DNA of 64,000 bases from a virus, in IMG/VR virus record IMGVR_UViG_3300031521_000015. One strand, given 5' to 3'. Shown here piece by piece: positions 29,220 to 40,447 of the stretch (position 1 is its first letter; each line of letters opens with the position of its first letter). The notes beneath the pieces were generated by a model. It made no database searches and was not told the DNA's origin. It was given only the letters and a program-made list of their open reading frames with translations. Made by a program: the position numbers and the translations under genes.

Positions 29220-29879
29220 ATGGATTATAAATTTAAAATTGATAAGTTAATTGGTTTAATACTAGATTCGGTAGAAAATGAACAAAATACTAATCTAATA
29301 CTAGATAGTTCTATTGCATATGATGTTTCAAAAGAATTATTATATAAATTTAATGCTAACTTTGAATATCAAGATGGTAATTCTTTTGATGAATTATTAA
29401 AAGAAAATGACGTATTATCATTATTTACTACATGTAGTGAAGATGGAAGAGTTAGACATTTTTTAGGAACAGTTTTTGATGAAGATGGTAATACATATCC
29501 AGATGAAGATTCTGAGGTTATTTTTATTCAAGATAGTTTATATGACTGTATTGATACGGATGTATTTGAAGGGCAAATCGGAATATTAATAGATAATGAA
29601 GAAGAATTTAAAAGAATTGTTGAAGCATTGAGAGAAGATGAGTGCGATGGAGATTGCGATAATTGTACATTACACGATGATGACGAAGATTACGAAAAGG
29701 AAATTAATGAGGATTTATTTGAAACTTTAGCAGATGAAATGTTAGTAAGTATTGGAGAATATGCTGAAAATGATAAAGAATTAGCATACGAAATTATCTG
29801 TGATAAGTTAGAAGAAGCTTATTTTATGGGAAGAGAAGATTTTAGAGATGAACTACAAGATAAATTATATAAAATCTAA
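29220..29879 (+). CDS. Acidic hypothetical protein
   Basis: 219 aa, CDGDCDNC motif, very acidic. Confidence 0.7.
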   Translation: MDYKFKIDKLIGLILDSVENEQNTNLILDSSIAYDVSKELLYKFNANFEYQDGNSFDELLKENDVLSLFTTCSEDGRVRHFLGTVFDEDGNTYPDEDSEVIFIQDSLYDCIDTDVFEGQIGILIDNEEEFKRIVEALREDECDGDCDNCTLHDDDEDYEKEINEDLFETLADEMLVSIGEYAENDKELAYEIICDKLEEAYFMGREDFRDELQDKLYKI

Positions 29880-30006
29880 CAAATTAATGTAGAAAATACA
29901 GAATAAAAGTGACTAGAATATTATTTTATTCTAGTCTTTAATATTTTATGAAACTTGTAAAAAGGTAACTTAAAGTTATCTTAATTAACTCATAAATAAT
30001 CATATG

Positions 30007-30079
30007 AGAAATTGAGAGAGCCGACTTTCAGTTTCTTTTTTAGAGGTTTATTTGTTATCGGCAAATTAACAAATAAGTC
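30007..30079 (+). promoter_or_regulatory. Two-hairpin kissing-loop leader
   Basis: Loop GCCGA of hairpin 1 is complementary to loop TCGGC of hairpin 2. Confidence 0.5.
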
Positions 30080-30095
30080 ATAAAATACGAAAGGA

Positions 30096-31496
30096 ATGAT
30101 TATAATTATGGGTAAAAATAACAGATTTATAGTAAATAAAGAAATATTGACAAAAACAAAACAAGGTGGAGTAGATTGGTTAGATAATAAAGAAATTGAA
30201 GTTTACTTTACAGACACAAAAGAAAGTTATATTTTAAAAGTTGAAGACACACTAAAGGACAAAAATAACATCACAAAATTATTATTGTCTTATAGTGGAA
30301 TAAATTATAAAAAGTATTTACAAGTTGGACAAGTATTAAATGGGAACTTAGAGCACTTATTTAGTCATTGGGATATAAGGGGCAATAAATTAAGACCATA
30401 TAGGTTATCTGATGATGGTACATATTGGATTGGTATAGCAAGCAATGATAAAGAATTCTATTTTAATGGAAAAAATTCAGAAGAAATAATGAAGCATAGT
30501 TGGTATATATCTAATGGATATTTAGTGTGTACATTCACAAAAGATAATATATATAATACTATAAGATTAAATCGGTTGGTTCTAAATGCAATAGATAGAA
30601 ATGTTGTAGTAAATCATTGTGGTGGTAACAAAATGGATAATAGAATAGAAATGTTATCATTGTCAGACCATGAAGATAATATGAAAGAACTATTGCCTAG
30701 TAAATTAAATAATACCGGAATTACTGGATTATCGTTTAAGAATAATAAATATAATATATCTTGTAGCGTAAATGGATTTAGTTATACTTGCGAATATTAT
30801 AATACAGACGAAGCCTTAAAAGATTTATTAATAATTCAAAGAAATTATGGCTATAGGCACAATGAAAATTTATATTATATGTTAGATAATATAACTGAAG
30901 ATTATATAGATACTTTAGTTAGTAAAGTAGAAAACAATATAAGTAAAAGAAAAACAAACCCAATAGTATGCAAGAATACATTTGAGTTGTCTGAGGATGG
31001 TTTGTTTTATTGGATGTATGATAAGAACAATAAAAGATGTAAAATATCAATTGAAGACTTAGAATTAGTTAAACAAGGTAATTGGAGATATGCTTTAAAT
31101 AATTCTAAAGAATACTTTAGTGGTGATATTATATGTGATGGGAAAAGAAAAGGTATATTTTTACATAGGTATTTGATGGAGCTAATTGATACTAAATATA
31201 AACATTGGTATGTAGACCATTTGAATAGTAATGGTTTAAATAATACTAGAGAGAATATAGTGATTACTGATGCACAAGGAAATGGTATTAATAAGAATAG
31301 AAAAGATATTAAAATTGAAGATAATAATACATATAGGTGTAAGATAGTTCTAAATAAAAAGAAATATTTCAAAACTTTTCATACATACGAAGAAGCAATG
31401 AAATGCAGAGATGAAATAATAGTAGAATTAATGAAAAATAGAGTTGAATTTAGAACAAAAGAAGAATTAGATAACTATTTAAAGACAATAAAATAA
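30096..31496 (+). CDS. Tandem HNH homing endonuclease with AP2-like domains
   Basis: VNHCGGNKMDNR and LHR..VDHLNSNGLNNTRENI. Confidence 0.8.
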   Translation: MIIIMGKNNRFIVNKEILTKTKQGGVDWLDNKEIEVYFTDTKESYILKVEDTLKDKNNITKLLLSYSGINYKKYLQVGQVLNGNLEHLFSHWDIRGNKLRPYRLSDDGTYWIGIASNDKEFYFNGKNSEEIMKHSWYISNGYLVCTFTKDNIYNTIRLNRLVLNAIDRNVVVNHCGGNKMDNRIEMLSLSDHEDNMKELLPSKLNNTGITGLSFKNNKYNISCSVNGFSYTCEYYNTDEALKDLLIIQRNYGYRHNENLYYMLDNITEDYIDTLVSKVENNISKRKTNPIVCKNTFELSEDGLFYWMYDKNNKRCKISIEDLELVKQGNWRYALNNSKEYFSGDIICDGKRKGIFLHRYLMELIDTKYKHWYVDHLNSNGLNNTRENIVITDAQGNGINKNRKDIKIEDNNTYRCKIVLNKKKYFKTFHTYEEAMKCRDEIIVELMKNRVEFRTKEELDNYLKTIK

Positions 31497-31609
31497 ATTA
31501 TTAGGATTAGGTTGAAATATATCTAGTCCTTTTTATTGTTTTGTAATGTTTATCTACATGGTAAGCAATTAGAATAATAATTATTTAAAAAATTAAAGGA
31601 AGTGAAAAA

Positions 31610-32815
31610 ATGGCAGTTAGTAAAACAACTAAAGGCACTGCAACTAAAACTACTGTCATAAAGGACAAAATAGAATGTAGTTGTTGTGGGAAAGAAAAAG
31701 TGTTAGCTGAATTTTATAAATCTAATTCTAGGCTAAATAGGTATAGGAAAAAGATACATATTTGTAAATCATGTTTATGGGATTTGTGTAGAGATTTAAT
31801 AGAAGAAAGCAGAGATATGCAAGTAGGAATATACAGAACTTGTATGTATATTGATGCTCCGTTTTTTGAAACTCCTTTTTCTTCGGCAATAGATGAAGTT
31901 TGTATGAAAGATGGATTAAAATTAGATATATCTGATGATATAGAAAGTCAAGTTAAAGTTTTTCAAAAATACATGAAGAATATAAATTCATTAGGACAAT
32001 ATGAACAATATACTTATGAAAATGGAGAAAGTATTGATTCAAAATCAGTAGTAGTTAAAAAGGAAGAAAAAGAAATAGCGTTAAATACAACAGATAGAGA
32101 TAAACAAAATGAAAATGATGTAATTTCTATGTTGGGATATGACCCTTTTGAAACAGAAAATAAAAAAGATAGAAGATATTTATTCAATCGTTTAGTAGAT
32201 ATGCTTGATGATAGCGTTCTTGAAGATAATTTATTATTAATGAGCATTATAGAAATAGTAAAGGGATTTAATCAGATTGATAAAATAAACGAAGGAATAT
32301 CAATGTATACTACAGATGTTGAAAAATTAACAAAAAACAATGGAAGTATTAAATCATTGATTGATACAAAGAAAAATCTAATGACTACTATATTAAAAAC
32401 TGCTGAAGATAATGGAATTTCAACTAAATTTAATACAACAAAATCAAAAGGTTCGGGAACTTTGGCTGGTATTATGAAGAGATTACAAGATATTGGATTA
32501 GATGAAGCAAAGGTTAATTTATATGATATTGAAACATCACAATCGATGAGACAAATAGCAGATATAAGTCATCAAAGTATAATGAGTCAATTACAGTTAA
32601 ATGAATCAGATTATACTGATATGATAGCACAACAAAAAGATGCTATATATAATATGAATAATGAATTAATAAAAGCAAAAGAAGAACTAAGAAAAACTAA
32701 AATTTACTTAAAATCTCAAGGATTGATTTTAGAAGAAATCAATAATGTGGTAGAAGTAGATTTTGAAGAAGATAATAATAATTTTGGATTGGGTAATAGA
32801 ACATTGTTAGAATAG
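31610..32815 (+). CDS. Zinc-finger phage protein upstream of terminase (possible small terminase)
   Basis: CSCCG..FYKS..CKSC; position before terL. Confidence 0.5.
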   Translation: MAVSKTTKGTATKTTVIKDKIECSCCGKEKVLAEFYKSNSRLNRYRKKIHICKSCLWDLCRDLIEESRDMQVGIYRTCMYIDAPFFETPFSSAIDEVCMKDGLKLDISDDIESQVKVFQKYMKNINSLGQYEQYTYENGESIDSKSVVVKKEEKEIALNTTDRDKQNENDVISMLGYDPFETENKKDRRYLFNRLVDMLDDSVLEDNLLLMSIIEIVKGFNQIDKINEGISMYTTDVEKLTKNNGSIKSLIDTKKNLMTTILKTAEDNGISTKFNTTKSKGSGTLAGIMKRLQDIGLDEAKVNLYDIETSQSMRQIADISHQSIMSQLQLNESDYTDMIAQQKDAIYNMNNELIKAKEELRKTKIYLKSQGLILEEINNVVEVDFEEDNNNFGLGNRTLLE

Positions 32816-32831
32816 ACAAAGGAGATTAAGT

Positions 32832-33038
32832 ATGGATAATAAATATATAATATTTTCAGTATTGATTGAATGTGAAGAAAATGGAATAAAAAGATATGAT
32901 TCTACAACTTTAAGTGACTATATGAATGGGCAATCAGAAGAACAATGTTGGGAACAAACAAGAATATTTTGCGAAGAAGCTGGGAAGAAATTTAATGCAA
33001 AATGGATATTATGTGGTAGTCATATAGTAACTTTTTAA
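32832..33038 (+). CDS. Hypothetical protein
   Basis: AAGGAG RBS. Confidence 0.6.
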   Translation: MDNKYIIFSVLIECEENGIKRYDSTTLSDYMNGQSEEQCWEQTRIFCEEAGKKFNAKWILCGSHIVTF

Positions 33039-33058
33039 CAAATTAAAACAATAAATTA

Positions 33059-33087
33059 TTGACAATGATATCCTAATAAGGTATTAT
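33059..33087 (+). promoter_or_regulatory. SigA promoter of endonuclease cassette 2
   Basis: TTGACA-N17-TATTAT. Confidence 0.8.
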
Positions 33088-33092
33088 TATAT

Positions 33093-33198
33093 TAGAAACT
33101 AGATAAGGAGTTATAAACCGTATCGAAAAGGAGTATCCGAACTCCCTGTTTCTATTTTTATAAATTTCGGAAAATAAATTAAAGTACGAATCGGAGGT
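33093..33198 (+). ncRNA. Structured leader RNA, copy 2
   Basis: P1 TAGAAAC/GTTTCTA; P2 loop TTATAA; P3 loop TCCGA complementary to TCGGA at 33167 and 33191 (RBS). Confidence 0.75.
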
Positions 33199-33206
33199 AT
33201 TACATT

Positions 33207-34304
33207 ATGGAAACTAAAACATGTACTAAATGTGGACAAGAGTTCCCAATGTCTAAAGAATATTTTGAACCCAGAAAAGAATCAAAAGATGGATTCAGAA
33301 ATCAATGTAGAGATTGCAGAAATATCAATAGAAGAAATATATATGATGATAAATATAAAAGTGAAGATAATAGAAGATGGCAACAAGAAGAAATAGATAT
33401 ATTGAATAAATATTATGAAATTATGAGTAACAATGAATTACAAGAAAAGTATTTAAACACTAGAACTATTTCTCAAATAATAGATTATGCAAGTAAAAAA
33501 TTAAACTTACATAAACATGATGACGTTAAAATATATTATAGTGATGGTACAACAATGGGGTGGACAAAAGAAGATGATGAATATTTATTAAAAAACTATC
33601 CATCAACAAATTTTAAAGAAATGGAATTAGCTTTAGGAAAAAACAGTTTTACAATAACAGCTAGAGCTATTAAAAAGGGAATACAAAGAGATAATAAGTA
33701 TTCTGAAGAAGAAATAAATATCGTAAAAAAGTATTATGCAGACAATGAAAACAAATGGATTATTGATAATTTTATGAGTAGTAGAAGTAAGACTGAAATA
33801 ATAGGATTAGCAAATCGTTTAGGAATAAATAAAAATGATGAACTGATATTTCAAATAAGAGTTGATACTGGCTTAAAAAATTTAAAATGTATACCTGACC
33901 AAACAGGTTCTAATAGTCCTTGTTGGAAAGGTGGAACAGACGTATTAAGATTATATGTAAGAAACCATATTAGAAAATGGAACAAAGATAGTTTAAAATA
34001 TTATAATAATAAATGTTTTATTAGTGGAGATTCAGAAAATTTGATAATCCATCATGGATACTCTTTTAAAGACATATTGAATGAGACTATAAAAGAATTA
34101 GGACTTACTTATAATAATGATTTATCTAATTATAGTAATGGTGAACTTAGAAATATAATAGATTTATCAAATGAAAAACACTATAAATATGGTTTTGGAA
34201 TCCCTTTAACCAAAGAATTACATTTATTATTTCATAAAACTTATGGTTTTGTAAATTACACAAATGAACAGTTAATAGAATTTAAAAATAATTATGCTAG
34301 TTGA
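33207..34304 (+). CDS. HNH-type endonuclease with zinc finger and Myb-like repeats
   Basis: CTKC..CRDC; W..EE repeats; CFISG..IHH..LHLLFHKTYG. Confidence 0.75.
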   Translation: METKTCTKCGQEFPMSKEYFEPRKESKDGFRNQCRDCRNINRRNIYDDKYKSEDNRRWQQEEIDILNKYYEIMSNNELQEKYLNTRTISQIIDYASKKLNLHKHDDVKIYYSDGTTMGWTKEDDEYLLKNYPSTNFKEMELALGKNSFTITARAIKKGIQRDNKYSEEEINIVKKYYADNENKWIIDNFMSSRSKTEIIGLANRLGINKNDELIFQIRVDTGLKNLKCIPDQTGSNSPCWKGGTDVLRLYVRNHIRKWNKDSLKYYNNKCFISGDSENLIIHHGYSFKDILNETIKELGLTYNNDLSNYSNGELRNIIDLSNEKHYKYGFGIPLTKELHLLFHKTYGFVNYTNEQLIEFKNNYAS

Positions 34305-34400
34305 TAATAAATAAGCTTCAATAACTGAAGGCGTGGTAACACGTCTTTTGTTGCGTTTATGCAAACTTTATTGATATAAAAAGGTGGTGTGGGCAAAAAG

Positions 34401-36252
34401 ATGGGAATTGGAAAGCAAAACTTATCACAAAGAAAATTAGAAGGATATATGAAATATGTAGAAATGATACAGTGGGGCAGAAAAAATCCTGCACGAACGA
34501 TTCGTTGAGGATTTCATGGGAATTCAATTTTTAGATTTACAAAAATATATATTTATGAATATGTGGACTACGCCATTTGTATTGTTATGCCAATGTAGGA
34601 ATAGTGGGAAAAGTACGATTTCAGCTCCATTTTTGATGGCGAAATCCATATTATACCCAAACTTTTATAGTTATATAATATCAACAAATGGTAGTCAAGC
34701 TCAGGAAACTTTCTTAAAAATAGAAAAAATAACCAAGAGACAATTATCTTCATTTACGGGTTTAACAGATTTCTTTCAAAATGAAATAATTACTTCAAAT
34801 GCTAACAAAGATGGGTTCACTCATAAACCAGAGTCATTTACTTTCGAAGTATTTAATGGTAGTAAAGTACATACATTGAACTCAAACTATGATGGATCAC
34901 GTGGGAAAAGAAGCATGTGCAATTTTTATGACGAAACTGGATTTATGTTAGAAAAAGCTTTTGGTGCAACTGAACCATTTACAACACAAAATGCAGACTT
35001 TAAGTTAGGAGGAGATATTGACGTATCACTAGAACCACAAAGTTTTCCAAACCAACTTATATACGCTTCTTCGGCATCAAGTATAGATACTTATTTTTTT
35101 AAAAAATATAAAGAATTTAGTAAACAAATGCTATTAGGAAATAAAAATTATTTCTGTGCTGATATTAAGTGTGATTTAGTTTTAAATCCTATGTTTAATG
35201 GTAAATTATATCCAGTATCTTTGCTAACACAAGAAAAAATAGATAATGCTATGAGAGAAAATAAAGAACAAGCTCTTAGAGAATACCATAATATGTTTTC
35301 TAAAGAAGGTGGAGAACAACAACCATTTAAAAGAGGACAAATAATAAAAAATAGTGAAGTCAGAAGACCAATGTTGGTAAACGAAGGAAATATTGAACGA
35401 CATATCACAGCTTTTTATGATCCTGCAAGAAGTTTTGATGACTCTGCTGTATTGTTTGCTGAATTTATGAAAGATAAGGAATTAGGATGGACTTGTAAAA
35501 TAATAAATGCAGTAAGATTAGTAGATATAGGAACGAAGAAAAAAATACCAATGAGAACACCTGAACAAATAGAGTATATTAGAAATTTATTAGTAGATTA
35601 TAATGGTCAAGGATTTGGAGAATATGAAAATATAGGTGCAATATTGGTAGATTCAGGAGCTGGTGGAGCAGGAGTTAATATTGCAGATTATTTTATGGAA
35701 GAGTGGACAGATAAAAAAGGAATGAAAAGAAAAGGTTTGATAGATGCTATAGAATCTAAAGAATATACAAATAAATTTCCTGAAGCTGTAGATAAAATGC
35801 GATTAATTTCTCCTAAAAAATATAGGACTGAAATGTTTGATGCCTTGGTGGAAATGATTAATTTAGATTTAGTTTCGTTTACGGAAACATATGACATGAA
35901 AGGATTTATAAGTATTCCTGTAGAAACAGAAATAATATATAAAGACGAAAAAACAAAAACAGATAAAAAACAAAAAGAGATAAAATATAAGCAAGCAAAT
36001 TTATGTTTCGAAGAACAATTGGCTTTAAAAACTATAGATAAACTAAAAGAACAATTGGTGCAAATATATAGATTCGATAATGCTGAAAGAACTTCACATA
36101 AATACGCTTTATCTCCTGAAAAACAAAATACTATGCATGATGACTTGGCTTATTGTGGAGCAATGATGGGTTGGTATTTAAAACAATTAAGGAGAGAAAA
36201 TATAACTAATGAAGATGATGATGATGAAGACCGTCAATGGGTATTTTGGTAA
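34401..36252 (+). CDS. terL: Terminase large subunit; N-terminal segment out of frame because of a 4-nt insert at 34497-34500
   Basis: RNSGKS Walker A, FYDE Walker B, YDPARSFDDS and HDD nuclease motifs; upstream frame reads ..QWGRKNPAR, downstream frame FVEDFMG. Confidence 0.9.
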
Positions 36253-36310
36253 CCTTATTATCTATTTAATAAACAACAAAATAAACAAAGAAAGAAGGTG
36301 ATTAGCAAAA

Positions 36311-37939
36311 ATGACAACTTCTAAAAAAATAAACTCTACAGATAATAAAAAATCAGCAGGCAGACCTGTCGGTTCTAAAAACACTTTTACAAAAAAGCAA
36401 GTGTCTGATATGCAACTAAAAATAGATGAATTAGAAAAACAATATAATTCTTATAATGATGTTGTAGATAGTTTTGTAGATGGATTTGTGTTGGAAATGA
36501 CGCAAAATATAAAAACGATAGATATGGATACATTGCAAAGATGGTTTAGTAATCCTGATGATTATATGCAACAAATTAGTAATTTACTTACATATTATTA
36601 TATAATTGATGGGAATATATCTCAACTATATGATTTAATATTTTCATTACCTGAACTTAATTATAAAATAAAAACTTATAAAAGATTAGGTAGCTATGAA
36701 AATGATATGTTAGCTATAAAAATAGCTTTAGAAAGAAATGTTAAACATAAGACATTAACTAGAGAATTACTTGTTCAATTAGCTAATAATGGTTCTGTTG
36801 TTGGCACATGGTTAGGTAGTAAAAAAGAACCTTACTTCAATGTATTTGATGATTTAGATTATATTTATCCATATGGAAACTATAAAGGAAAGATGGTTGG
36901 AGTATTTGATTTATCATACATTGATACACTCACCCCAGAACAAAAAGTAGCTTTATATGATAACTTGAAACCATTGGTTACAGAAAACTTATACAACAAA
37001 TGGAAAGATGAAAGAGATACTGAAAAGAAAAAAATATTACAATTAATTGTATTGCCACCAGATAGGTCATTAGTTGCTAGAACTAGGGTATTATCACATA
37101 ATCAAAGATTAGGATTGCCTCACGGTACTCAAGCAATTTTTGATTTACAACACAAACAAAAGATGAAAGATTTAGAGCGTTCTATGGCTGATAAAATTAT
37201 AAGAGCAATAGCCGTAGTAAAAATGAGAGATAAAGATGATAACGACGTTAAAGTTAAGGAAACTGTACAAAGGAAAGTATTTGAAAAAATAAAGAAAGCA
37301 TTAGAAAAAAATACAAGTGGGAAGAATGGATTAACTTGTATATCAATGCCGTCCTTTGCCGATTTTTCATATCCTGAATTCAAAGGAGCAGACGAGATAT
37401 TAAACCCTAATAAATATGATAGTGTTAACAATGATATTACTATGGGGACTGGTATCTCGTCTGTATTGGGAAATGGATCAGGTGGTAATTATTCAAGTGC
37501 GAACTTAAATCTTGATATAATTTATAGTAAGATAGCTACAATGTTAGAACAAATTGAAGAAATATATAATCAATTAATAGTTATTACACTAGGTCAAAAT
37601 AAAGGTTCTAATTATTACTTTGAATATGATAAACAAAAATCATTAACCAAAAAAGAAAAATTAGATATTTATAAAGGATTATCAGATAAAGGATTTAGCA
37701 TTAGACCTATGATTGAATTAGTTGGTGGAGACTTTGAATCATTTATAAATGAAAGTATATACGAAATAGATGATTTAAAATTAAGAGAAAAAATTATCCC
37801 ACAATTGACATCATTCACATCTACTGATACAGATTCAAATCAAATAGGAAGGACCACAGTGGATAACCCTACTAATGAGTCAACAATTACAAGTAAAGAA
37901 ACTGGTGGGAACAACAATCCAAAACCTAGTACAACATAG
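36311..37939 (+). CDS. Portal protein (putative)
   Basis: 542 aa directly after terL; GISSVLGNG..NYSSA. Confidence 0.75.
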   Translation: MTTSKKINSTDNKKSAGRPVGSKNTFTKKQVSDMQLKIDELEKQYNSYNDVVDSFVDGFVLEMTQNIKTIDMDTLQRWFSNPDDYMQQISNLLTYYYIIDGNISQLYDLIFSLPELNYKIKTYKRLGSYENDMLAIKIALERNVKHKTLTRELLVQLANNGSVVGTWLGSKKEPYFNVFDDLDYIYPYGNYKGKMVGVFDLSYIDTLTPEQKVALYDNLKPLVTENLYNKWKDERDTEKKKILQLIVLPPDRSLVARTRVLSHNQRLGLPHGTQAIFDLQHKQKMKDLERSMADKIIRAIAVVKMRDKDDNDVKVKETVQRKVFEKIKKALEKNTSGKNGLTCISMPSFADFSYPEFKGADEILNPNKYDSVNNDITMGTGISSVLGNGSGGNYSSANLNLDIIYSKIATMLEQIEEIYNQLIVITLGQNKGSNYYFEYDKQKSLTKKEKLDIYKGLSDKGFSIRPMIELVGGDFESFINESIYEIDDLKLREKIIPQLTSFTSTDTDSNQIGRTTVDNPTNESTITSKETGGNNNPKPSTT

Positions 37940-37945
37940 AAGTAG

Positions 37946-38131
37946 GTGATAAATATGAACATACTAGTTGCAAAGAGAAACGATTTAATTACTATTAGTG
38001 CAGGTAGTAATAGGTTACTAATTAATAAAGATAATGAATTGTTTGAAAAACTAAATAAATTATCAAAAGAAGAAATTAAAACTTGGTATGAAATTAATAG
38101 ATTTAATGACTTATTAGATTTAAATAATTAA
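37946..38131 (+). CDS. Hypothetical protein
   Basis: 61-aa ORF in head operon. Confidence 0.55.
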   Translation: MINMNILVAKRNDLITISAGSNRLLINKDNELFEKLNKLSKEEIKTWYEINRFNDLLDLNN

Positions 38132-38206
38132 ATATTCAATTAATATAATTGTTTATTATACGTATTTTAATATTTAATATACTCAACATTGAAAGGTGGT
38201 GATAAT

Positions 38207-39790
38207 TTGGAAGAACAAAATAAAAAGTTAGGACAATTTAAAATGTCGTTAAATTCATTAGAAACAGTCCCAAATGATCCAACAATTTTAAAAAGCGATA
38301 TAGTAATATTTGACTTTGAAAAAAGTGGAAATAATCAAGTGATTACCAAAGAAGTAGCACTAGATAATATGAAGTTTTTAATAGGAAAAAGGTTATGTTG
38401 TAAATATATTAATAAAGAAGATAATGGTGGGGCTTTAGATGCTCTTGGAACACATGAGCAATATGAAACCACTAATAGATTGGGAGAAGATGTAATTTAC
38501 ACCGCAACCGAGGGAATTGGATTTATTGAAGATGTTTATATTGGAACATATACAGATGATAGTGGAATAGAAAAAGAAGCTGTTATAGGTAAGTGCATAT
38601 TTTGGTGTGATGACCATTATAGCGATGTCATAAATTTAATGAAGCAATGGATATCAGATAGCATCAAAATCCACTTTTCAGTAGAATATTACTACTATAA
38701 TTATACAGTAGAAAATGGAATTGAATATATTCAGAGTCCTATAATTTTCAATGCCTTAACGGCTTTAAATAGTGAAGATAGGGGCAATGCGATTGAAGTA
38801 TTACCAGCATATGACTGTGCAACATTAACAAGTTTTAATGAATTAAAAGATCAATGGAATAAAGCAGTAAACAGTTTAAAGTCTAACAATGAGTTAGATT
38901 CTAATAAATTAAATAATGACCAAAAGGAGGAAACAAAAACGATGGAAAATAAATTTTTAAAAGCCCTAAATGAATTATCTGTTGGTGATTTAAGATCAGC
39001 AATAATAAATGCGTTAGGTGATATTATGACAGCTAATGAGTACGAAAATATGTGGATTAGCAACTATGGAATATTTAGTGAAAGTAAATATTTTATATAT
39101 GAAACTTATGAAGATAATAAATGGGTGAATTATAAAGTTGCATACACACTAGGAGAAGGTGATTCTATAATTGTAGACTATGCGAATAAGGAAAAGGTAG
39201 AAGGTCAATATACTTATGTTTCAGTAAACGAATTACAAGAACTTGAAACTTCTAAAAACGCAAAAGCTGATTTAGATACTGCTAATGCAAAAATTGAAGA
39301 ATTGAATAGTGAAATCGTATCTTTAAATGAAAAAGTGATTGAGAAATCAAATAATTCTAAAGTAGATACTGATAAATTTAATGAATTAACAAATAAATTA
39401 GTTGCTATGAATTCTATGATAACAGAAATGCAACCAATTGTAGATCAATACAATAAAGAAGTATTTGAAAAATCATTAAATGAAGCAACAGAATCTTATA
39501 AAATTAAATTCACTAGTGTAAATGCTTTAGAAGTATTTGAAGAAGAAGCAACACAAGAATTAGTTAAAGAATCTGTTAATTCTGATAAAAAGAAAGCAGA
39601 TAAAGCTAAATACAGTTTAAATGCTTTAATTGTTGAAAATATTAAACCGGTTGAAAAAGAGATAGACGCAGATGACATAATGTCAAATGTACCTAAAATC
39701 AGTATTAATCAAATAGTTAAGTTAGAAGATAATGAAGATTTAATACCTGCTGATGAAAATGTTTTATCAAAATATGGATTAAAATATTAA
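38207..39790 (+). CDS. Prohead protease/scaffold (YonD-like)
   Basis: H..G..FSVEY protease-like N-terminus, coiled-coil C-terminus; internal AGGAGG RBS at MENKFL could give a scaffold-only product. Confidence 0.65.
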   Translation: MEEQNKKLGQFKMSLNSLETVPNDPTILKSDIVIFDFEKSGNNQVITKEVALDNMKFLIGKRLCCKYINKEDNGGALDALGTHEQYETTNRLGEDVIYTATEGIGFIEDVYIGTYTDDSGIEKEAVIGKCIFWCDDHYSDVINLMKQWISDSIKIHFSVEYYYYNYTVENGIEYIQSPIIFNALTALNSEDRGNAIEVLPAYDCATLTSFNELKDQWNKAVNSLKSNNELDSNKLNNDQKEETKTMENKFLKALNELSVGDLRSAIINALGDIMTANEYENMWISNYGIFSESKYFIYETYEDNKWVNYKVAYTLGEGDSIIVDYANKEKVEGQYTYVSVNELQELETSKNAKADLDTANAKIEELNSEIVSLNEKVIEKSNNSKVDTDKFNELTNKLVAMNSMITEMQPIVDQYNKEVFEKSLNEATESYKIKFTSVNALEVFEEEATQELVKESVNSDKKKADKAKYSLNALIVENIKPVEKEIDADDIMSNVPKISINQIVKLEDNEDLIPADENVLSKYGLKY

Positions 39791-39892
39791 TAAAACAAAT
39801 TAAATATTTATTAGTTGAAATGATATATATTAATAAATATTAAATAATAAATTAAAAATAATAACAAAATAAAGAAACTAGGAGTGATATAT

Positions 39893-40414
39893 ATGGCTAC
39901 AATACTTAGAGACGCATTGACAGTTATACCAAATCATAATATTTCAGAAATCAATACTATTTGGGCTAAACCAGTTGCAAATGGTGCTATTCTAACAGGT
40001 TCAAATATGGACAATGGTGGATTAGTTGAATTTGCAGGAAGAAATGCTGATGGAAATAGACAATGCAAACCATTTGATGGAACTGGAGAATATTTTATTC
40101 TACAAACTCATGTTGAAGACCAATTATTAGTTGATATGGGAGAGACAGATTATAAGTCATTCTACAATAAAATTGGAGAACCTGTAAGATTAGTTAGAGC
40201 AGAAAAAGGAATTAATCAAGAATTATCAGGATATACAGTTAAAGGTGGAGTTACTTTAGCTTTAGACTTACCTGTAATTTGGGACGCTACTAATAAAGTA
40301 CACCAAGTAATAGATGTTATAACAACTGAAACACAAATAGCAACTGTAGTAGGGTTAGATACTGACTTCGGATACAATGCTGGAGCTACAACAATCAGAA
40401 TTGAATATAAATAA
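39893..40414 (+). CDS. Head decoration/capsid-associated protein (putative)
   Basis: Lies between scaffold and capsid genes. Confidence 0.55.
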   Translation: MATILRDALTVIPNHNISEINTIWAKPVANGAILTGSNMDNGGLVEFAGRNADGNRQCKPFDGTGEYFILQTHVEDQLLVDMGETDYKSFYNKIGEPVRLVRAEKGINQELSGYTVKGGVTLALDLPVIWDATNKVHQVIDVITTETQIATVVGLDTDFGYNAGATTIRIEYK

Positions 40415-40447
40415 TAATAAATTAAAAAAAGAAAGGATGATATAAAA

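Noticed and set aside
33050-34520. Group I intron or intein carrying the HNH gene into terL
   Set aside because: The HNH gene has its own promoter and terminator upstream of the terL start; no intron core or intein motifs seen
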